Shown: positions 26,964 through 31,720 of the stretch, piece after piece
Layout: each line of letters starts with the position of its first letter
Position numbering within the stretch: the stretch's first letter is position 1
Assembly (NCBI GenBank): GCA_964508365.1
Contig: CAZDTP010000038.1
Location: 1 to 31,720 of the forward strand
Source of the DNA: an uncultured archaeon
Lineage (GTDB): Archaea > Asgardarchaeota > Lokiarchaeia > Sigyniarchaeales > SOKP01
Direction of reading: 5' to 3'
Length of the DNA stretch: 31,720 nucleotides
The notes under the pieces: generated by a model
The model's database searches: none
Told to the model about the DNA's origin: nothing
The model's input: only the letters and a program-made list of their open reading frames with translations
Made by a program: the position numbers and the translations under genes

Positions 26964-27440
26964 TTAATCATCAAGGTTTTCTTTAGATATATCGAGTTCT
27001 AAAACTTCATATACTTTCTTAAAATTCATCTTTGCGTAAAGACTGGCCGCTTCCTTAGCTTTTTCTTTGATATTTACCTTAATTTTTTCCACTTTTATTT
27101 TTTGTAAGTGTTCAACCGCTTTTTTAACCAGTAATTCGCCTATGCCCTGCCCTCGATATTCTTCCATGAGATATACTTGCTTAATATAACCCTCAGAAGT
27201 GCCAAATGGGTCAATTCTCAACTCTGCGAGGATCATACCGATGACTTCACTATCTTTATCCTCATCTATCGCTATTAATATCCCGTGCCGCTGTAAAGGG
27301 TCGTAAAGACGTCTTCGAATTCCCCAGTCAAATCTTTTCATATCGAATGTATCGCCAAATCTCGATATTAATAATTTCATCAATTTTTCTAATGAATTTA
27401 TATCCTCTGGTGTAGCATTTTCTATCTTAATATTGTTCAT
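26964..27440 (-). CDS. GNAT-family N-acetyltransferase
   Basis: IENATPEDI, GYIKQVYLMEEYRGQGIGELL (motif A), AASLYAKMNF (motif B). Confidence 0.9.
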   Translation of the reverse strand: MNNIKIENATPEDINSLEKLMKLLISRFGDTFDMKRFDWGIRRRLYDPLQRHGILIAIDEDKDSEVIGMILAELRIDPFGTSEGYIKQVYLMEEYRGQGIGELLVKKAVEHLQKIKVEKIKVNIKEKAKEAASLYAKMNFKKVYEVLELDISKENLDD

Positions 27441-27518
27441 AATTCAACTAAAAAAACTAAATGTCTAATAATATAAATTATAAATTAATTTCTCAAAATT
27501 TATATCTTCTTGATTAAC

Positions 27519-27536
27519 AAATAACAATTGTTATTT
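27519..27536. promoter_or_regulatory. Perfect 18-bp palindrome upstream of the GNAT-RFC cluster
   Basis: AAATAACAATTGTTATTT is its own reverse complement. Confidence 0.45.
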
Positions 27537-27575
27537 ACTAATAGGTTCAAAAATTAAAATTAACTAGTTATAAAC

Positions 27576-27857
27576 TTAACGAGCTGAAACTCCATCCCAC
27601 GCTTTGACTTCGGGGTCTTCATAGCTACACACAACACATTTCTGATTTACTTCCCATGTTTCTAAAGCAGGATGTACCCTAGTAAAAAGCGATCCACACT
27701 GACCACACACAAGATATTTAGCTCCACAGCCGTCGCACATCTTTAGCTGCCCTTTTTCAACAAACCGAAATGTCCGTTTCATCCACTCGTCGTTAACTAA
27801 TCGAAAGCTCTCTCCACCACATTGAATACAATGTTTTCCATCAAATTCAGAAGACAT
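27576..27857 (-). CDS. 93-aa protein with four CxxC motifs (double zinc ribbon-like)
   Basis: CIQC, CDGC, CGQC, CVVC. Start reassigned to ATG 27857 (MSSEF); the track extension is low-complexity intergenic sequence. Confidence 0.85.
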   Translation of the reverse strand: MSSEFDGKHCIQCGGESFRLVNDEWMKRTFRFVEKGQLKMCDGCGAKYLVCGQCGSLFTRVHPALETWEVNQKCVVCSYEDPEVKAWDGVSAR

Positions 27858-27950
27858 TTTTTTTTCCTTTTTTTGATTTTGCTTATATGTAATGATAAAT
27901 AAATAGAGTGAATATTTAAAAAAATTATTAAAAAAAAGCAACCAACAAAT

Positions 27951-28274
27951 TCACATTTCTAATTTTTTAGTTGTTCCCGATGTAGCTCCTTCGGGATTAA
28001 TTTTTTCTAATTCAACAATTAATTGATAAACTTTATCGTCCTGCAATGCTTCTCCAAATTTTATCAGCATTTCTTTTGAACCAACAAATAAGCCTTTTCT
28101 TTTCATTGGTTTACCGTCATCTTTTAATGGATTAATTTCAAGAAATAATAATGATGGTCTAGTTTTAGTCGCAGGGACTTTTACTACAGAAACTCCAGGT
28201 ACAGGAGTCTCCATCTTTTCCCAATCGGCCCCATTTTTTAAGTGGGCTTTTAACTGAGCTTCAATATCGGCCAT
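27951..28274 (-). CDS. Conserved small archaeal protein, possibly PC4/Sub1-like ssDNA-binding fold
   Basis: VSVVKV...LFLEINP..DDGKPMKRKGLFV...EMLIKFGEAL lines up with the PC4 core VSV...IDIRE...[13 protein letters not shown]...QL.EQI. This is pattern recognition only. Confidence 0.6.
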   Translation of the reverse strand: MADIEAQLKAHLKNGADWEKMETPVPGVSVVKVPATKTRPSLLFLEINPLKDDGKPMKRKGLFVGSKEMLIKFGEALQDDKVYQLIVELEKINPEGATSGTTKKLEM

Positions 28275-28312
28275 ATTTAATCATACTTTTATTCTATATT
28301 TTTATTAATTAA

Positions 28313-28368
28313 TATATGTTACATATAAGATATAACATATATACTATGTGACATATAAAAAGTTTTTG
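28313..28368 (-). promoter_or_regulatory. BRE-TATA promoter of the PC4-like gene overlapped by repeated TATGTNACATA palindromes
   Basis: Minus strand CAAAAAC-TTTTTATAT (28368-28353). Sites: TATGTTACATA 28315-28325, GATATAACATA 28329-28339 (8/10) and TATGTGACATA 28345-28355. Confidence 0.55.
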
Positions 28369-28562
28369 GTAGCGAAATGTTGTTAGATAATCTTAACAAT
28401 GAGCAGACAAAAATCTAAAATGATGTTAAAGTCGTGAGATGATGTCTAATTTTAATTCGTCGGATTACTTGGGGTCGATTTCCACTAAATGCTTAAATAT
28501 CACCTCCGTATATATAATTGTATAGAAAAAACAAGAGTTTTTCTAGATAACTCAGATATTTG

Positions 28563-28787
28563 GTGATTAAAATAAAATTAATTTCAGTTAATTTACCAGA
28601 ATCCTATTTAAAAGTACTAGAAATTTTAGTTGTAGAAGGTAAATTTCCAAATCGTAGTGAGGCTATTAGGGTCGGAATTAGGGATTTAATAAGAACAGAA
28701 TATCTTATAGAGGAATCAGTAAAAAGAAATATGAGCCCAAATTTAATTCAATCCGAAATTGAAAATGAAATTCAGGAAATTATTTAA
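28563..28787 (+). CDS. Ribbon-helix-helix (CopG/MetJ/Arc) transcriptional regulator
   Basis: KLISVNLPESYLKVLEILVVEGKFPNRSEAIRVGIRDLI matches the archaeal RHH pattern. Start is uncertain (TTG 28560, GTG 28563 or ATA 28572). Confidence 0.9.
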   Translation: MIKIKLISVNLPESYLKVLEILVVEGKFPNRSEAIRVGIRDLIRTEYLIEESVKRNMSPNLIQSEIENEIQEII

Positions 28788-28798
28788 TCTTCATCTTC

Positions 28799-28807
28799 TT
28801 TTTTTTT
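28799..28807 (+). terminator. T9 tract after the RHH gene
   Basis: TTTTTTTTT 12 nt after the stop, overlapping the convergent stop codon. Confidence 0.4.
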
Positions 28808-31720
28808 ATTTTTTATCCATCAAATCATTTAATCTTCTTCTTCTTTCTTCTCGTCTTTTAGCAATCTTAGCTCTAAGATCCTCTTGGTCTAATTTAGGAG
28901 AAATTTGTTTCAGTTCTGGCTCTCTTTTAATGTCTAATTCTTTTTTATAAATATTTATTTTGTCTTCAATTTCAAGGATGTAACTCTTTGCTATCTTCGT
29001 TTCAGTTAAATTATATATCGCCTCTCTGAGTTCTGTAATTGCCTTCATAAATAAATTATTTGACAATGAGATTTGAGCTTTATCTAACGCTTGATAAGCT
29101 AACTTGAAGTTTTCGATATTCTCTTTATCATCAAGGTCATGTTTTGTAATAATAGGGACTTGACTTGCATTCTCTAAAACCTCTATTTGCTTTTGTATTT
29201 CTTTAACTAATTTGACTTGTTCAGTATTTTCAATCTTCTTTATTATTTTAGTTAGAGCTACTATTCCCTCATTGTATTTTAGATTCTTAATAATTGCATG
29301 GGCTTCGTCGCGCTCTTTTTGAATTAATTTTTCGCGTTGTTTCTTCTTTTCCTCTTTTCTTATTTGATCAAGTTCTACTTGCTTCTCATCTGCTTCCTTT
29401 AAAATTAATTTAAGTTCTTTTTCTTTTTCCACTTTTTTCTGTTTAATAGCTTCTAATCTTTCAGTTTGTTTCTTTTCTTTATTGAGCGTAATCATTAAGT
29501 CGTTGTTAACTCTACTTACTTCAATTTGCCAATCTATTTTCTTAAATAAATCGCGCGCCATTATATATTTTTCATAAGATTCCTCGAACTTCTTATCGTC
29601 TTTTAATTTAGTTCCTGCTTCTAACAGGTGATATGCTTTTTCAGAAATTTCTTTCTCTTTTTGCTTTTCCTCTTGAATAACAGATAGTTCTCGTTTTCTC
29701 TGTTCTTGTTGTAAATCCTGTAAATCTTGAGCCTTAGTAATCTGTTCTTCAAACTGAGCTTCAATTCTAATTTTTTCAAGCTTCTTCTGTGCTAATAATT
29801 TTTTCTCCCGCTCAAGTCTTTGCTTTTTCAAATTGATAGCGTTTATAGATTCTTTGATCATTTTAATACCTTCAGACCAATTTATTTCATCAAATATTTT
29901 TTGACTTTCTATGTAAAACTTTATAGCTTTGTCAAAATTATTTTGTTTCAACTCTCTTTTAGCAAGGTCCATAAAATTAAAAGCTCGTTCTTTTTTAGAT
30001 TCGTACTTCACTGCTCTTTTTCTTTTTTCCTCAAGTTCCTTTTTTCTTAACCGTGAGAGTTCTTCTTTAGCCTTTTTTGCCTCTAGTACTTCTTTTTCAA
30101 TTTGTTTAATTTCTTCTTTTTGTTTAGAAGCCCTTTCTAATTCTAAAACTTGTAATTGCTTATCTTCATCAATTCTTTTTTGATAATAATTAATTGAGTT
30201 TACTAATAGATTTGCTTGTTCAATCCATCCAATTTTTTCAAAATCAAGCTTCGCAGATGTGTAAATATGGATAATTTCTTTATAAGGGGATTCGACTTTC
30301 AAAATTCCTTCCTTCTTCTCAATTTCGTAATCTTTAGCCATCTTTTCAGCTTGAGATATTCTGTTTAAAATTTCTTCAGATTCATTAGATTTTGCTTCTC
30401 TTAACTTCTTTAATTCTTCAATTCGTTTTTCTTGAATAAGTATGTCGTCTTTAGGTACCAAAGTTGGCGTGGTTTTAGATTCTTCTATTTTCTGTAATTC
30501 AAAAGCTCGTAGGTTATCGTCTTTTAATCTTTTGCTTTCATAAAAACTTATTGTATTGCTCAATTTTTCTGCTTCTTCATTCCATCCAATTTCCTGTAGC
30601 AATTTTCTTGCCTTGGAGTACATATTGATTACTTCTTCGTATGGGCTCTCATAGGAAAGAATATCCCTTTTAAGATTTACTTCATAATTTCTAACTGCTT
30701 TTTCAGCGTTGTCAATTAGGTTCAAAGCTTGCGTCATAATTTCATCTGCTTCTCTATTTTTACTATCAAGAGCTTCTAATTCCTCTAATTTCAGTGGTTT
30801 AATTTCAGTGGGTGCTTTGAGGGATTCTTCAAATTGTTGTTGTTTTTTGACTTTTTGAATCTCTAATTCGCGTAATCGGTTATCTTTTTGATATTTCTCA
30901 TTATACATAGTAATCTGGTTTGCATATAACTCAGCCTCGTCTCTCCAACCTATAGCATATACTTTTTTCCTCAAATTTTTATACATCTCAACAATTTCTA
31001 AATAGGGACATTTTATATCAAATTGACCTTTCATAATTGCTAGTTCGTACTCTCGCGCTTCTTTTTCAGCTTTATCTACTATTGCATCGATATCTTGTTC
31101 AAATAGTTTTTCTTCCTGTTCTTGCTTAGTTAATTCTTCAATTTTTCTTAATTTTTCTTCATCATATATAGTAGGGTCCTCTTTTACCTGCGCTTTTTGA
31201 GCATCAATAAATTGTTGTTGTTTTTTGACTTTCTCAGATTCAATTTCTCTTAATTTTTTATCTTTTTCTAGTTTATCTTGATATATTTTTATTTGATTGA
31301 TATAAATGGGTCCTTGGTCAGTCCAACCTTTTTCTAAGATTTTTTTCCTTACATGAGTATAAATTTCGATTATTTCGAGATAGGGGGATTTCTCAACGAG
31401 TTTACCTTCCTTTAACGCTTTCTTCATCTCTACATCGTAATCTCTTGCCATCTTCTCCGCCTCATTTACGAGTTCAGTAATTTCGTTTTGAAAATTTAGC
31501 TCTTCATCATCTAATTTTCTTTGAAACTCTAAATCTTTTAGTCTTTCGGGTGTTATGGCACTATCTGCTTTAACTTTTAAAGAATCTTCGAAATCTTTTT
31601 GCTTTTGCATCTTCTGAAGCTCAATCTCACGTAAATTTTTATCGTTATCCCATTTTTCCCTATAAATATTAATTTGGTTAGTGTAAATTGAAACCTGGTC
31701 CTTCCACCCTTTAGAAATAA
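28806..31720 (-). CDS. Very large helical repeat protein (>970 aa, 5'-truncated by the window edge)
   Basis: The frame stays open upstream of the track start (31610) to the edge: ISKGWKDQVSIYTNQINIYREKWDNDKNLREIELQKM. At least seven W-anchored repeats alternate with E/K/R-rich helices. Confidence 0.9.
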   Translation of the reverse strand, partial: ISKGWKDQVSIYTNQINIYREKWDNDKNLREIELQKMQKQKDFEDSLKVKADSAITPERLKDLEFQRKLDDEELNFQNEITELVNEAEKMARDYDVEMKKALKEGKLVEKSPYLEIIEIYTHVRKKILEKGWTDQGPIYINQIKIYQDKLEKDKKLREIESEKVKKQQQFIDAQKAQVKEDPTIYDEEKLRKIEELTKQEQEEKLFEQDIDAIVDKAEKEAREYELAIMKGQFDIKCPYLEIVEMYKNLRKKVYAIGWRDEAELYANQITMYNEKYQKDNRLRELEIQKVKKQQQFEESLKAPTEIKPLKLEELEALDSKNREADEIMTQALNLIDNAEKAVRNYEVNLKRDILSYESPYEEVINMYSKARKLLQEIGWNEEAEKLSNTISFYESKRLKDDNLRAFELQKIEESKTTPTLVPKDDILIQEKRIEELKKLREAKSNESEEILNRISQAEKMAKDYEIEKKEGILKVESPYKEIIHIYTSAKLDFEKIGWIEQANLLVNSINYYQKRIDEDKQLQVLELERASKQKEEIKQIEKEVLEAKKAKEELSRLRKKELEEKRKRAVKYESKKERAFNFMDLAKRELKQNNFDKAIKFYIESQKIFDEINWSEGIKMIKESINAINLKKQRLEREKKLLAQKKLEKIRIEAQFEEQITKAQDLQDLQQEQRKRELSVIQEEKQKEKEISEKAYHLLEAGTKLKDDKKFEESYEKYIMARDLFKKIDWQIEVSRVNNDLMITLNKEKKQTERLEAIKQKKVEKEKELKLILKEADEKQVELDQIRKEEKKKQREKLIQKERDEAHAIIKNLKYNEGIVALTKIIKKIENTEQVKLVKEIQKQIEVLENASQVPIITKHDLDDKENIENFKLAYQALDKAQISLSNNLFMKAITELREAIYNLTETKIAKSYILEIEDKINIYKKELDIKREPELKQISPKLDQEDLRAKIAKRREERRRRLNDLMDKK
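29529..31706 (-). repeat. Protein-level tandem repeat of 116-127 aa
   Basis: Conserved Trp codons at 31704, 31323, 30945, 30582, 30225, 29877 and 29529 (spacings 381, 378, 363, 357, 348, 348 nt). Confidence 0.85.

Noticed and set aside
27858-27953. TGA readthrough or selenocysteine fusing the PC4-like gene in frame to the 4xCxxC gene (31 codons with no stop)
   Set aside because: The spacer is poly-T/poly-A intergenic DNA with a terminator-like tract, the TGA is not in a redox motif, and no SECIS-like hairpin is evident. Most likely chance.
28806-28860. C-terminal ERRRRLNDL as an ESCRT MIM1 motif or nuclear localisation signal
   Set aside because: It lacks the first Leu of D/ExxLxxRLxxL, and Arg runs are expected in charged helices.
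29820-30183. + strand ORFs 29820-30050 and 29929-30183 (also 28759-28950)
   Set aside because: Antisense shadows of the E/K-rich giant gene, giving F/S/L-rich nonsense translations.
1-31720. tRNA, rRNA, CRISPR array, transposase or integrase
   Set aside because: No cloverleaf or T-loop consensus, no regularly spaced direct repeats and no mobile-element ORFs seen by eye. tRNAscan-SE and CRISPR finders were not run.

Overview
AT-rich (roughly 30% GC by eye), gene-dense archaeal chromosomal window, most likely from an Asgard archaeon of the Lokiarchaeia/Promethearchaeota type. This is inferred from the archaeal TFB and RFC genes, GGTGA/AGTGA Shine-Dalgarno motifs, a bacterial-type grpE-dnaK-dnaJ cluster, a tandem Lrp regulator and a FAD-oxidase/HdrD-like/SCP2 cluster; no phylogeny was run. 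Left to right: a tfb gene missed by the ORF track (runs off the left edge, 12 bp downstream of dnaJ); dnaJ (no zinc finger), dnaK, grpE; a membrane protein; an Fe-S aldo/keto reductase; a zinc-ribbon protein; an ABC-2 exporter; a double-Lrp regulator; a frameshifted trmY-like remnant hidden in an intergenic gap; a four-gene FAD-oxidase / CCG Fe-S / FAD-oxidase / SCP2 operon; a CrtC-like protein; a leucine-zipper + winged-helix protein; a membrane-anchored hydrolase; an MFS transporter; pepT; a crotonase-fold protein; an ECF S component; three RFC clamp-loader genes; a GNAT acetyltransferase; a 4xCxxC protein; a PC4-like protein; an RHH regulator; and a >970-aa protein of about 120-aa helical repeats running off the right edge. 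The best leads are (1) the three-subunit clamp loader whose second small subunit has a degenerate Walker B like eukaryotic RFC3/Rfc5, next to a GNAT, a zinc-finger protein and a PC4-like protein, (2) the TFB paralog attached to the chaperone cluster, and (3) the giant MIT/TPR-like repeat protein. No rRNA, tRNA, CRISPR array or mobile element was seen.
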